A stretch of DNA of 64,000 nt from an uncultured Candidatus Saccharibacteria bacterium (GCA_964637575.1 CAZWVU010000003.1:65586-129585), one strand, 5' to 3'. Counted from the stretch's first letter, positions 29,882 through 39,649 are shown. The notes: generated by a model not told the origin, from the sequence alone. A program made the numbers and translations.

Positions 29882-31952
29882 CTTCGGGGTTCAATTCTTC
29901 CTCTTCCGGCTTATCGTCTTCCTCCTGTTCCTTGCCGGCGGTCTCCAGTTTTGCGGGAGCATTCGGGTTGCCGGTTTCGGCGGAGGCCTGTCCTTCCGCG
30001 GCGGGCGGATTAAGCGGGTTCGTCCAGGACGCATAATCGCATTTCGGATACCGGTTGCAGCCCCAGAAGATTTTGCCGCGGGCGCGGCCGCGCGTCACTT
30101 TGCGCTCGATGACATCGCCTTCGCCGCACTTCGGGCACTTCATGCCGATGCTCTTCGGCGGTTCTTTCGGCAAGGCTTTCGTGGTCTTGCAGTCCGGAAA
30201 GCCGGAGCAGGCGAGAAACTTTCCAAAGCGGCCGTATTTGATCATCATCGGCTTCCCGCACTTCGGGCATTTTTCATCCGTCATCTCATCTTTGATCTCT
30301 TTCTTTACGTCGATATATTTCTCCTCCAGATTCTTGGCGAACGGCACATAAAAATCGCCGATGAGCTGCTGCCATTTTTCCTTGCCGTGCGCGACGTTGT
30401 CCAGCTGTTCCTCCATTTTCGCCGTGAAGTTGATGTCGACGATCTGCGGGAAGTTTTCAGTGAGTACTTTGTTTACCAGCTCGCCGATTTCGGTCGGTTT
30501 GAACTTGCCCTGTTCTTTCTGGACGTAATTGCGCGTCTGGATAACTGAAAGCGTCGGCGCATAGGTAGAAGGGCGGCCGATGCCGTGTTCTTCCAGCGCT
30601 TTGATGAGGGTAGCTTCGGAATACCGCGGCGGCGGTTCGGTGAAATGCTGGAACGGCGTGATCGCGTTCGCGCGCAGACGGTCGCCCTTGGCAAGATCGG
30701 GAAGATTTTTTTCCGAAAACTTCTGCGGCCAGACCTTAAGGTAGCCGTCGAAAATGATCTGCTGGCCGTTCGCCCGCAGGGTGTATTTGCCGGCAGTGGC
30801 GTCAGCGGCGGTCAGCGCAATTTTTGCGGCAGGCATCTGGGAGCCGACAGAACGCTGCCAGATCATCTTATACAGTTTTTTCTCTCCGGCATCAGTCAGG
30901 CCGATTGTGTCCGGGTGGTCGAAGACGTGCGTCGGGCGGATGGCTTCATGCGCCTCCTGTACCAGCTTTGATTTCGCTTTGAAGAGACGGGGAGCAGCGA
31001 GCGCGTATTCCTTGCCCAGTTCTTTTTCGAGCCATTCTTTCGCCGCGCCGACGAATTCCCCGGAAAGATTGACCGAGTCCGTACGCATGTAGGTGATGTG
31101 GCCGTTCTCATACAGATGCTGGGCGATGACCATCGTTTTTTTCGCGGAAAAGCCGAGACGGCGGGCGGCCTCCTGCTGCATTGTGCTGGTGGTGAAAGGG
31201 GAGGGGGGATTTTTCGTTGCTTCTTTGCGATGGATATCGGAAATGACAAAATCGGATTTCTGAAGTTCTGCGACAATTGATTCGGCCTGAGCTTTCGATT
31301 TGATATCAAACTTCTCAATCGCGGTATCATCAATCTTGGTCAGATTGAATTCGATCGAATCCGATCCCTTGAGCAGCTCCGCCACGATCGTCCAGTACTC
31401 CTCCGGCGTGAAGGCGCGGATTTCGTTCTCGCGTTCCACGATCAGGCGGACGGCCACCGATTGCACGCGTCCGGCGGAAAGTCCCCGCACCACTTTTTTC
31501 CAGAGAAACGGGGAAAGTTTGTAGCCGACCAGGCGATCCAGTACGCGACGCGCCTGCTGGGCGTCCACCAGGTTGGTGTCGAGCGCCCGCGGGTGTTTAA
31601 GGGCGTTTTCAATGGCGCTTTTGGTGATTTCATGGAACACAATGCGGCGCGGTTTTTTGATGCCGAGCGTTTCCGCCAGATGCCAGGCGATCGCCTCTCC
31701 CTCGCGGTCTTCGTCAGTCGCGAGAATAATCTCATCGCTTTTCTTTGCGTCCTCTTTGAGCTGTTTCACCACCTTCTTCGCTTTGACGGGAATCAGGTAT
31801 TTCGGTTCGTAGTTGTGCTCGAGGTCGATACCCAGCGTACTTTTAGGAAGGTCGCGAATATGGCCGTATGAGGATTCGACTTTATAATCGGGTCCGAGGA
31901 ATTTTGAAATTGTCTTTGCCTTGGTAGGGCTTTCTACTATTACTAAATTCAT
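29862..31952 (-). CDS. topA: DNA topoisomerase I
   Basis: LVIVESPTKAKTI, ATDEDREGEAIAWH, SAGRVQS, ITYMRTDS, two zinc ribbons. Confidence 0.98.
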   Translation of the reverse strand: MNLVIVESPTKAKTISKFLGPDYKVESSYGHIRDLPKSTLGIDLEHNYEPKYLIPVKAKKVVKQLKEDAKKSDEIILATDEDREGEAIAWHLAETLGIKKPRRIVFHEITKSAIENALKHPRALDTNLVDAQQARRVLDRLVGYKLSPFLWKKVVRGLSAGRVQSVAVRLIVERENEIRAFTPEEYWTIVAELLKGSDSIEFNLTKIDDTAIEKFDIKSKAQAESIVAELQKSDFVISDIHRKEATKNPPSPFTTSTMQQEAARRLGFSAKKTMVIAQHLYENGHITYMRTDSVNLSGEFVGAAKEWLEKELGKEYALAAPRLFKAKSKLVQEAHEAIRPTHVFDHPDTIGLTDAGEKKLYKMIWQRSVGSQMPAAKIALTAADATAGKYTLRANGQQIIFDGYLKVWPQKFSEKNLPDLAKGDRLRANAITPFQHFTEPPPRYSEATLIKALEEHGIGRPSTYAPTLSVIQTRNYVQKEQGKFKPTEIGELVNKVLTENFPQIVDINFTAKMEEQLDNVAHGKEKWQQLIGDFYVPFAKNLEEKYIDVKKEIKDEMTDEKCPKCGKPMMIKYGRFGKFLACSGFPDCKTTKALPKEPPKSIGMKCPKCGEGDVIERKVTRGRARGKIFWGCNRYPKCDYASWTNPLNPPAAEGQASAETGNPNAPAKLETAGKEQEEDDKPEEEELNPEEKTTDE

Positions 31953-31954
31953 AG

Positions 31955-32830
31955 TTACAAGTAATATCTGCCGCCGGATTCCTTAACAATACCCTGAATT
32001 ATGAGTAACGTCAGGTTTCGGGTGACGACAGAAACATCCATTTTCGTTAAATCCCCGATTTTGTCAACCGGAACGGCTTCGCCCGCGGAACGGATCGCGG
32101 AGACAATTGCCTTCGGCGTTTCTCCCAGCATGGCTTCCTGAAAGGGAAGGGTTGCCGGCGCCATCGGGGCCAGATTGAGATCATCCAATACCTCCGCGGC
32201 CGTAGTCACCAGCCGGGCGCCCGCGCGGATCAAGGCATGCGATCCTTTATAATTTTCGTGATTCGCCGGGCCGGGCACCACAAATATCTCCCGGTTCTGT
32301 TCGAGGGCGTGAGTGGCCGTCGCGAGCGCCCCTGACTTTTCCGGCGCTTCGATCACAATAATCCCGAGCGATAGTCCGCTCACAATCCGGTTGCGCTCCA
32401 GGAAGTGATTCTTAATGCTCGGCATTCCCGGATCATATTCGCTGATGAGCGCGCCGCTATTGCGGAGCATGCGTGCGGCAAGATTTTCATGGTGTACCGG
32501 ATAGATTCTGTCGATTCCGACGGGGAGGACGGCAATCGTCCGGCCTTTGGCGTCCAGCGCGCCTTCATGCGCGGCGCCGTCAATGCCGAGCGCCAGACCG
32601 CTGACAATCACCGCTCCCGCGGCCGACAGTTCTTTCGCGAATGACCGGGCGATCGTCAATCCCTGCGCGGTGGCCTTCCGCGTTCCGACGATCGCGATGT
32701 GCGGCCGGCTGTCCAGATCAAAACCGCCTCGGGCGTACAGCTTAAGCGGGGGATTGGGAATCTCTTTCAGCGCCGCCGGGTAATTGGCGTCGCCGGAGCG
32801 GATTATTGCGAAGTCGGGGCGGTCGGGCAT
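31955..32830 (-). CDS. dprA: DNA-protecting protein DprA
   Basis: AIVGTR, VSGLALGIDGAAH, ERNRIVSGLS, SGALAT; start MPDRPDF. Confidence 0.95.
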   Translation of the reverse strand: MPDRPDFAIIRSGDANYPAALKEIPNPPLKLYARGGFDLDSRPHIAIVGTRKATAQGLTIARSFAKELSAAGAVIVSGLALGIDGAAHEGALDAKGRTIAVLPVGIDRIYPVHHENLAARMLRNSGALISEYDPGMPSIKNHFLERNRIVSGLSLGIIVIEAPEKSGALATATHALEQNREIFVVPGPANHENYKGSHALIRAGARLVTTAAEVLDDLNLAPMAPATLPFQEAMLGETPKAIVSAIRSAGEAVPVDKIGDLTKMDVSVVTRNLTLLIIQGIVKESGGRYYL

Positions 32831-32848
32831 TGTGATATAATAATAGTA

Positions 32849-33373
32849 ATGATGAGTTTCAAAAAGCAACTCGGGGTCCAGCTTCTGATCGCGTTCGCGG
32901 CAATCGCCGCCGCATTGATCGCCACCCAGCTCATTGCCAGCCACCTGGATGCAAGCGCCAATGCCATTCTTGAGCAAAAACGGAATCTGGCGCTCAGAAT
33001 TCATGCCACCGACCAGCTTGCCTCGCTCAAAGCCGCGTCCGACAAAGCCCAGCCTCTGGTCGCTTTTTTAAACAGCACGCTTCCTCCCAAAGACGACCTG
33101 ATCAATTTCGGGCAGTCGCTCCGCCAGCTCGCGAAAAACGAGGGGATCGATCTCGGTTTTTCATTCGGCGGCGAGGCGCCGCCGAAAGGAAATCTTCCGG
33201 GCTATATTCCTTTCTCGATCACCGGAAGCGGAACGTACGAAAATTTTCAGAAGTTTCTAAAGGACGTGGAAAGCAGCCGTTATTTCGTGAAATTTAATTC
33301 GTTCGATCTCGTGCGGGAAGGCGACACCAACTCTTTCAACCTCCGCGCCGACGGCCAGGTGTTTTACCAATAA
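32849..33373 (+). CDS. PilO-like type IV pilus assembly protein
   Basis: N-terminal TM, coiled coil, LP..DDL, GSGTYENFQKFL..VESSRYF. Confidence 0.7.
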   Translation: MMSFKKQLGVQLLIAFAAIAAALIATQLIASHLDASANAILEQKRNLALRIHATDQLASLKAASDKAQPLVAFLNSTLPPKDDLINFGQSLRQLAKNEGIDLGFSFGGEAPPKGNLPGYIPFSITGSGTYENFQKFLKDVESSRYFVKFNSFDLVREGDTNSFNLRADGQVFYQ

Positions 33374-33374
33374 T

Positions 33375-33569
33375 ATGCAAAAATCCCTGTTATTCTATAT
33401 CGCGGGCGGCCTTCTCGGCCTTTTCCTCCTTATCTACGTGATCTATCTGGTCAATTTCTTAGTGAGCAGGATTTCGGTCGTCTCGGGAACGAATCTTTTG
33501 CAGACGCCGCAGATTACCACCTATAACTTTGATAAGTTCAGGCAAATTAAGGGGGCGCCGCAGCAATAG
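33375..33569 (+). CDS. Small membrane protein coupled to the PilO-like gene
   Basis: 64 aa, one TM, 1-bp gap after the upstream stop. Confidence 0.65.
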   Translation: MQKSLLFYIAGGLLGLFLLIYVIYLVNFLVSRISVVSGTNLLQTPQITTYNFDKFRQIKGAPQQ

Positions 33570-33622
33570 TTGCGACGAAGGCAAAAATACGTATACTAGC
33601 TAATATTGGCTTAGAGTTTTTC

Positions 33623-33694
33623 GCGTGTGTAGTTCAGTGGTAGAACGCTGTCCTGATAAGACAGAGGTCGAAGGTTCGATTCCTTCCACACGCA
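33623..33694 (+). tRNA. tRNA-Ile(GAT)
   Basis: Cloverleaf; anticodon arm CTGTC-CT GAT AA-GACAG. Confidence 0.96.
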
Positions 33695-33815
33695 CTTCTA
33701 AAATAGAATCGAAGCCCGCAGCTCAATTTCTAGCAGGAAATTGAGTGAGGGGCGGCCTGCGACCGAGGCGAGCGACGGCGAGCCGAGAGTTGTAGGCGAT
33801 TCCTTCCACACGCAC
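33677..33815 (+). repeat. 19-bp direct repeat of the tRNA-Ile 3' end bracketing a structured insert
   Basis: CGATTCCTTCCACACGCAC at 33677-33695 and 33797-33815. Confidence 0.9.
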
Positions 33816-33857
33816 CCTACCCCAAATTTATCTGTTTTTAAGCTCAAAAGCGGCCTA

Positions 33858-33885
33858 TTGACATTTTTTAATAGCATGGTAAGAT
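33858..33885 (+). promoter_or_regulatory. Sigma70 promoter
   Basis: TTGACA-16 bp-TAAGAT with extended TG. Confidence 0.6.
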
Positions 33886-33933
33886 GTTGGCACATAAAAG
33901 ATCCCCAGATGCGGGGTTTTTTTATTACCCAAT

Positions 33934-34392
33934 ATGAATACATTATTGCAGACTCTGATCAACGGTGCCTTGTCGCTTTCCATCATCGCAAATATCGGAG
34001 CGATTGCCCCGATTGCGAAAGTGGACGCGCAGGCCGCGCCGGTAGCAATCGAGCAGGTGGCCGACACGTCGCTTACTGCGACCGCGCCGATGGACGAGGA
34101 GGTAACGCGTATGTCCGCGAAGATCACCGCCTATTCGTCCACGGAAGACCAGACCGACGATTCGCCGTTCATTACAGCGTCCGGCGCCCATGTGGCGGAT
34201 GGAATCGTGGCCTCGAATTTCCTGCCGCTCCATACCCACATCAAGATCCCGGCTTTGTTCGGGGAAAAAATCTTCGTGGTGGAGGATCGGATGGCCAAGC
34301 GGTTTTCCGACCGGGTGGATATCTGGATGCCGGACCGCACCAGCGCCTGGAAATTCGGTCTCCAGCACGCGGAAATCGTGGTGCTGAAGTAA
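33934..34392 (+). CDS. 3D-domain (RlpA/MltA-like) cell-wall protein
   Basis: Signal peptide; TAYSSTEDQTDDSPFITASG, VEDRM, VDIWM. Confidence 0.88.
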   Translation: MNTLLQTLINGALSLSIIANIGAIAPIAKVDAQAAPVAIEQVADTSLTATAPMDEEVTRMSAKITAYSSTEDQTDDSPFITASGAHVADGIVASNFLPLHTHIKIPALFGEKIFVVEDRMAKRFSDRVDIWMPDRTSAWKFGLQHAEIVVLK

Positions 34393-34446
34393 AAGTCCCA
34401 GTCAAAAAACTCCCGTCTTGAGCGGGAGTTTTGTTATACTGGGAGG

Positions 34447-34803
34447 ATGGTCGGCCATATTGTCAAAGTTCGTTTCGCGATCCTTCTGTTGAGCATCGGT
34501 TTGGCGATCACGTATTTTTACGCGGCGATCTCCGGTCTCCAGCATCCGAGCGACTGGATCGGATTTTTTCCGCCTTTTCTGCGCGACAATCCTTTGGCGG
34601 GCACGATGCTCACCGGATTTTCCATTTTTGAGATTATTCTGGGCGTGTGGCTGATATCCGGAATCAGGACAGTGCTCGCGGCGGTGATTTCTACCCTCCT
34701 TATGATCGGTATTATGGTGGCAACGCCCGATTCTCTGGTAATTACGTTCCGCGATATCGGGCTGGCGTTCGCTTCAATGGCGCTGGCGGTGTTGGCCAGG
34801 TAG
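34447..34803 (+). CDS. DoxX-like membrane protein
   Basis: GLAITYFYAAI..P..W.GF.P, EIILG.WL.SG, FRDIGL. Confidence 0.8.
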   Translation: MVGHIVKVRFAILLLSIGLAITYFYAAISGLQHPSDWIGFFPPFLRDNPLAGTMLTGFSIFEIILGVWLISGIRTVLAAVISTLLMIGIMVATPDSLVITFRDIGLAFASMALAVLAR

Positions 34804-34839
34804 CGCTACACTTACAGAAGTTTTTTATGGAGGCCGGCT

Positions 34840-35016
34840 ATGGCTCCCGATGATTTTCTCGTGCGTCACGGTTGGTGGGTCTTTCTTGTTGCCGCGATAA
34901 TTATATTCGGCCTGCGCGCGATGATTATACTCCGCCCCGGGAAATGCGCCGGCTGTCCCTGCTGTACCTGCAAATGCCGGCAGTGCGTTCCAATCAAAAC
35001 CAAAAATCCCCAATGA
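34840..35016 (+). CDS. 58-aa single-TM microprotein with Cys-rich tail, absent from the ORF track
   Basis: MAPDDFLVRHGWWVFLVAAIIIFGLRAMIILRPGKCAGCPCCTCKCRQCVPIKTKNPQ*; GGAGG upstream; hairpin at the stop. Confidence 0.7.
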   Translation: MAPDDFLVRHGWWVFLVAAIIIFGLRAMIILRPGKCAGCPCCTCKCRQCVPIKTKNPQ

Positions 35017-35051
35017 AAGGGGATTTTATTTTTTAGCTGCTTTTTATTTTG

Positions 35052-35135
35052 TGCTCGGGGTGGGAGTCGAACCCACATAACCTTGCGGTTGGAGGATCTT
35101 AAGTCCTCTGCGTCTGCCAGTTCCGCCACCCGAGC
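35052..35135 (-). tRNA. tRNA-Leu(TAA)
   Basis: Cloverleaf; anticodon arm GAGGA-CT TAA GA-TCCTC. Confidence 0.96.
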
Positions 35136-35148
35136 ATAATCGGCTTTG

Positions 35149-35220
35149 AGGCGCCGGTGGGAATCGAACCCGCGTATAGCTGTTTTGCAGACAGCTGCCT
35201 TACCACTTGGCTACGGCGCC
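35149..35220 (-). tRNA. tRNA-Cys(GCA)
   Basis: Cloverleaf; anticodon arm GCTGT-CT GCA AA-ACAGC; U discriminator. Confidence 0.96.
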
Positions 35221-35224
35221 ATTA

Positions 35225-35566
35225 TTATTCTCTAGTATCCTCTTCCAGCAGCGCTTTTTCAACCCCGGCGGCTTTTTCGGGGCCGAGGTCAAGTTTGAAA
35301 TCAATGCGCGGCGTCGGCTTGATATTCATCATGCGGACCAGTTTATATTGAAGTCCGCGTTTGGCTTTTTGGAGAATCTCCAGCACTTCCTCACCCTTTT
35401 CCGAGGGAATCACGCTTATTTTAATCATCGCTTCAGTCACATCCTTGCTGACACGGACTTCGGTGATCGTGATAAGCGCGCCCGGGATGTCAATTTCCCG
35501 GAGCAGCAGCTGATTCAACTGGTCCTGGAGGAGTGAACTGACACGGTCGGGGCGGTGGAATTTCAT
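35225..35566 (-). CDS. rbfA: Ribosome-binding factor A
   Basis: R..RV, LITITEV.VSKD, P.P.I.F; directly after infB. Confidence 0.92.
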   Translation of the reverse strand: MKFHRPDRVSSLLQDQLNQLLLREIDIPGALITITEVRVSKDVTEAMIKISVIPSEKGEEVLEILQKAKRGLQYKLVRMMNIKPTPRIDFKLDLGPEKAAGVEKALLEEDTRE

Positions 35567-36976
35567 TTATCGCTGAATGAGAATGTCGCCGACGGCTATT
35601 TCGGTCTGGGAATCAAATATCAGGCCGCACTGATTTCCCGCGGCCACGGACTTCACGTCGCGCTTCATGCTCTGGAGATTGATTATTTTCCCGCTGCCCG
35701 TTACCGTGCCTTTGCGTTCCACTTCCAGCACCGCGTTGTTGGAAATTACCCCTTCCTTCACCTCGCCGCCGATAACCTGTTTGGTTCCTTTTTTGCTGAA
35801 CGCCGCGAGAATTTCCAGCGTGCCAAGCGCTACCGCTTTGCCGAGCGATGCCAGCGTTTCTTCCACGGTTTTTACCAGATCATAAATAATTTCCGACTGG
35901 ACGATTTTGATATTCTGGGCGCGGGCCAGCGTTTCCGCCGCCTTGCCGGCCTCCGTGCGGAATCCGATAATAAACGACTTGGTGGACGCCGCGAGCTTCA
36001 CGTCGCCGTCGGTAATATCGCCCACGCTCTCTTCGACAATTTCAATATGCTGATCCTTTTTCAAGGGGAGCGTCTTTACTACCTGGTGCAGGGCTTCCAG
36101 CGAACCGCTGACATCCGCCTTTAAGATTAAATTCACCGTTCCTTCCCGGGCTTCCTTTGAAATGATTTTGCGCGGAGCTTTGGTAATCGTGGCGATTTCT
36201 GCGTGCGGCCCGACGTGAAATTCGTCGCCCGCTTTCGGTACGGAATCGAATCCCATCACAATTGCCGGAGACGAGGGGAGAAGCTGGTCAACTTTTTTAC
36301 CGAGAAAATTTTCGAGAATTTTCACTTTTCCGGAAACGGCGCCGGCCGCGATCTCGTCGCCCTGCTTCAGGGTGCCGTCAGTGACAATCAGCGTCGCCAT
36401 GACGCCGCGCCGGCGGTCCATCTTGGACTCAAGCACAATGCCGCTCGCGTGATGCGCCGGATCATAATCGAGGTGTTCCAGTTCGGCGGCGAGCAGGATC
36501 AGGTCCAGGAGATCGTTCACGCCGTCGCCGGTAAGTGCTGAGACCGGCTGGTTGCTGACGTTGCCGCCGTAGCCTTCAAGAAATACGCCGGCCTGCATCA
36601 GCTCGTTTTTTACTTTGGAGGTATCGGGAACCTTATCAATCTTATTGATGGCGACGATGAACGGTGTCTTGGTTTCCTGGATAATCCGGAGCGCTTCTTT
36701 GGTCTGCGGCTGGACGCCATCGTCAGCGGCGACGATCAGGATGGCGATGTCGGCGATGCCGGCGCCGCGCTCTTTGATTTTGGAAAACGCCTCATGGCCG
36801 GGAGTGTCTATAAAAGTAACGCGCTGGCCATTATGTTCTATTTCATATGCTCCGACGGATTGGGTAATCCCGCCGGCTTCTTTGGCGGCGACATTGGCTT
36901 TGCGGATGTAGTCGAGAAGGGTAGTTTTCCCGTGGTCCACACTGCCCATTATTACTACAATTGGAGAGCGCTTCAT
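35567..36976 (-). CDS. infB: Translation initiation factor IF-2, minimal form without N-terminal domain
   Basis: [49 protein letters not shown]. Confidence 0.96.
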   Translation of the reverse strand: MKRSPIVVIMGSVDHGKTTLLDYIRKANVAAKEAGGITQSVGAYEIEHNGQRVTFIDTPGHEAFSKIKERGAGIADIAILIVAADDGVQPQTKEALRIIQETKTPFIVAINKIDKVPDTSKVKNELMQAGVFLEGYGGNVSNQPVSALTGDGVNDLLDLILLAAELEHLDYDPAHHASGIVLESKMDRRRGVMATLIVTDGTLKQGDEIAAGAVSGKVKILENFLGKKVDQLLPSSPAIVMGFDSVPKAGDEFHVGPHAEIATITKAPRKIISKEAREGTVNLILKADVSGSLEALHQVVKTLPLKKDQHIEIVEESVGDITDGDVKLAASTKSFIIGFRTEAGKAAETLARAQNIKIVQSEIIYDLVKTVEETLASLGKAVALGTLEILAAFSKKGTKQVIGGEVKEGVISNNAVLEVERKGTVTGSGKIINLQSMKRDVKSVAAGNQCGLIFDSQTEIAVGDILIQR

Positions 36977-37022
36977 GCTCCAAATTGTGCCAGAAAATTG
37001 AGATTTGGGCAAATAAATCTTA

Positions 37023-37124
37023 AATTTTAAAGTTTAAATTTGAAATTTAAAATGAATGTTTAATGCTTAAATTTTTTAAACATTACGTCATTTAAAATTG
37101 ATTAAAAATTAAAAATTTTAAATT
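37023..37124. repeat. AT-rich heptamer-periodic dispersed repeat, copy 2 (inverted)
   Basis: Reverse-complement homologue of 7315-7427. Confidence 0.85.
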
Positions 37125-37138
37125 GGTATAATGAACCT

Positions 37139-38023
37139 ATGCCCGATATCAACAAGCTTCTTAAGGACTACCTGGACTATCTGGAAATCGACAAAAACCG
37201 TTCGCCGAAGACGCGGCAGAATTACGAACGTTACCTCAACGCATTCCTTTCTCATCAAAAGATCAAACAATTGAAGGATTTGACGCTGGACACAATCAAT
37301 AATTTCCGGCTGGCCATGGCGCGCGAGAAAGATATCAAGAAAGTTACCCAGTCGTATTACGTGATCGCCATCCGCAACTTTCTGAAGTACCTCATCAAAA
37401 AAGATTATGACGTGGTGGCGCCGGATAAAATCGAATTGCCGAAGATCGCCCAGCGGCAGATTGAACTTGTGGAATTCAGCGATCTGGACCGGCTCCTTGC
37501 CGCGCCTGATTTGGGCACGCTCCGCGGAATGCGCGACAAAGCTATTCTGGAACTATTCTTTTCCACCGGACTCCGCCTCTCCGAACTCTGCTCGCTCAAT
37601 CGTTATCTGAATTTTGATAAAGGCGAGCTGACTGTCCGGGGAAAAGGGGAAAAACTGCGGCTGGTGTTCATTTCCGACGGCGCCAAAAAAGCGCTCAAAC
37701 AATATCTCGACAAGCGTCCCGACACCCACGAGCACCTTTTTATCAGCCTGGATAAAAGCGACAAGGTGATAGGCAAGATCACGCCGCGCGCCGTCCAGCG
37801 CCTGGTTTCCTACTACGCGCAAAAAGCCGGCATTACGCGGCGGCTGACGCCGCACGGCCTGCGCCATCTTTTCGCGACCGACTTACTGATGAACGGCGCC
37901 GACTTGCGTTCGGTCCAGGAACTGCTTGGCCACGCCAACGTCGCGACCACGCAGGTCTACACGCACCTCACTAACAAGCACCTCAAAGAAGTCCACGACG
38001 CTTTTCACGCCAAGCGCCGTTAG
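37139..38023 (+). CDS. XerC/XerD-type tyrosine recombinase
   Basis: TGLRLSEL, VRGKGEK, HGLRHLFATDLL.NGADLRSVQELLGH, TTQVYTH. Confidence 0.95.
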   Translation: MPDINKLLKDYLDYLEIDKNRSPKTRQNYERYLNAFLSHQKIKQLKDLTLDTINNFRLAMAREKDIKKVTQSYYVIAIRNFLKYLIKKDYDVVAPDKIELPKIAQRQIELVEFSDLDRLLAAPDLGTLRGMRDKAILELFFSTGLRLSELCSLNRYLNFDKGELTVRGKGEKLRLVFISDGAKKALKQYLDKRPDTHEHLFISLDKSDKVIGKITPRAVQRLVSYYAQKAGITRRLTPHGLRHLFATDLLMNGADLRSVQELLGHANVATTQVYTHLTNKHLKEVHDAFHAKRR

Positions 38024-39552
38024 AGAATTTCAACCCGGCCGATGGAGTGGAGGAGGGATTGCCCGGTCATTTCGCGGGGTTTTTTGATGCCCATGATATC
38101 CAGGATTGTCGGCGCCACGTCGGCGAGAATGCCGCTCGGTTCACCGGAAATTACCGGCGTCCCATCAGCCTGAGATTCTTTGCTGATGATCAGAAGCATC
38201 ACCGGGTTGGTAGAATGTTCGGTATCGATTTCGCCGGTTCCGGCGTTGATCATCTCTTCGCAGTTGCCATGGTCGTCAGTGATCACCAGGGCCCCGCCCA
38301 TTTCCAGGACTTTCTTTGATATCTTCCCGAGGCATTCATCCACGGTTTCAATCGCTTTGGCGGCGGCTTTGAGATTGCCGGTATGGCCGACCATGTCACC
38401 ATTCGCAAAGTTGATCGCGATGAAGTCGTATTTGTCCTGGTTCAGCCTCTTGAGCACCTCGTCAGTTATCTCATAGGCCGCCATCTCCGGTTTTTTGTCA
38501 TAGCTCGTTACTTTGGGGGAGGGGACGGTTTCGCGGTCTTCGCCGGGAAAAGGCGCTTCGCGTCCGCCGTTGAGAAAATAAGTAACGTGGGCGTACTTTT
38601 CTGTTTCCGCGATATGAAATTGTTTTTTGCCCGCATCGGACACGACTTTCGCAAGCGGTTCGGTGATAAATTGGGGCGGGAACGCGACTTTGGCCTTCTG
38701 GCCTTCGGTATATTGCGTCATGGTAATGACCAGGAGGCCGTCGATTTTTTCCAGCATTTCCGTCAGCTGGCGGGCGCGATCGGGCCGGATATTGAAAAAG
38801 ATGGCGCAGTCGGCGGGCTTCATTGTCGCGACCGGTGCGCCTTTTTTGTCCACCATCACGGTCGGCTCGATCACTTCATCTTCAATGTTATGGGCGTAGG
38901 CGTCGTTCAAAAGCTGCTCGGCGTTTTTCGCGGTCGGTCCTTTGCCGGCGGTAAGCGCGTCCATGAATTTCTGGACGCGATCCCAGTTTTTACTGCGGTC
39001 CATCGGCCAGTAACGGCCGCTTACGCTCGCGATCTCGCCGACGCCATACTGCTTCATCGCCGCTTCAATCTGCCGGAGGAAGGTGGGCGCAGAGCGGTGC
39101 GGCGCGTCTTCGCCGTCGGTGAAAAGATGAAGATACACGCCACCTTTATATTTTTTCAGCGAAAGCATTTTCAGCAGTCCGATGAGATGGTCGAGGTGGG
39201 CGTGGATGCCGGAGTTGGTAAGCAGCCCCATGATATGGATATTCGGCCGTTTCACCGCTTCGTCCCACACGGGAATTTTGAAAAACTCGCCGCTCTGGAT
39301 CGCCAGGCTGACGCGGGGGTAATTCTGGTAGAGGACGGTGCCGGCGCCGATGTTGGTATGGCCGACTTCCGAACTGCCGACTTCGCCCCACGGCACGCCG
39401 ACGTCAATACCCGACGCGCGGAGTTTCGTGCCGAGATAATGCTCGCTGAAATATTTCAGATTTGGTTTTTTCGCGAGCGCCACGGCGTTGCCGTTCGCGT
39501 CATCGGAAAGTCCGGTGCCGTCCAGGATCGCTAAAACAACAGGTTTGGGCAT
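38020..39552 (-). CDS. gpmI: 2,3-bisphosphoglycerate-independent phosphoglycerate mutase
   Basis: ILDG.G, GSSEVGH, MDR..NW, AETEKYAHVTYF, DMVGHTG, DHGNCE. Confidence 0.96.
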   Translation of the reverse strand: MPKPVVLAILDGTGLSDDANGNAVALAKKPNLKYFSEHYLGTKLRASGIDVGVPWGEVGSSEVGHTNIGAGTVLYQNYPRVSLAIQSGEFFKIPVWDEAVKRPNIHIMGLLTNSGIHAHLDHLIGLLKMLSLKKYKGGVYLHLFTDGEDAPHRSAPTFLRQIEAAMKQYGVGEIASVSGRYWPMDRSKNWDRVQKFMDALTAGKGPTAKNAEQLLNDAYAHNIEDEVIEPTVMVDKKGAPVATMKPADCAIFFNIRPDRARQLTEMLEKIDGLLVITMTQYTEGQKAKVAFPPQFITEPLAKVVSDAGKKQFHIAETEKYAHVTYFLNGGREAPFPGEDRETVPSPKVTSYDKKPEMAAYEITDEVLKRLNQDKYDFIAINFANGDMVGHTGNLKAAAKAIETVDECLGKISKKVLEMGGALVITDDHGNCEEMINAGTGEIDTEHSTNPVMLLIISKESQADGTPVISGEPSGILADVAPTILDIMGIKKPREMTGQSLLHSIGRVEIL

Positions 39553-39567
39553 TCCACTATTATACTG

Positions 39568-39649
39568 TGCCGAGGGTGGGATTTGAACCCACACGCCTTG
39601 CGGCGCCAGCTCCTAAAGCTGGTGCGTCTGCCAATTCCGCCACCTCGGC
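39568..39649 (-). tRNA. tRNA-Leu(TAG)
   Basis: Cloverleaf; anticodon arm CCAGC-TT TAG GA-GCTGG. Confidence 0.96.

Noticed and set aside
34825-35013. 62-aa minus-strand ORF
   Set aside because: The plus-strand 58-aa ORF has an SD, a -10 box, a TM helix and a terminator, and explains the region better.
35567-36976. Short IF2, ValRS and Rel as pseudogenes
   Set aside because: Frames and catalytic motifs are intact, and loss of accessory domains is expected in reduced genomes.
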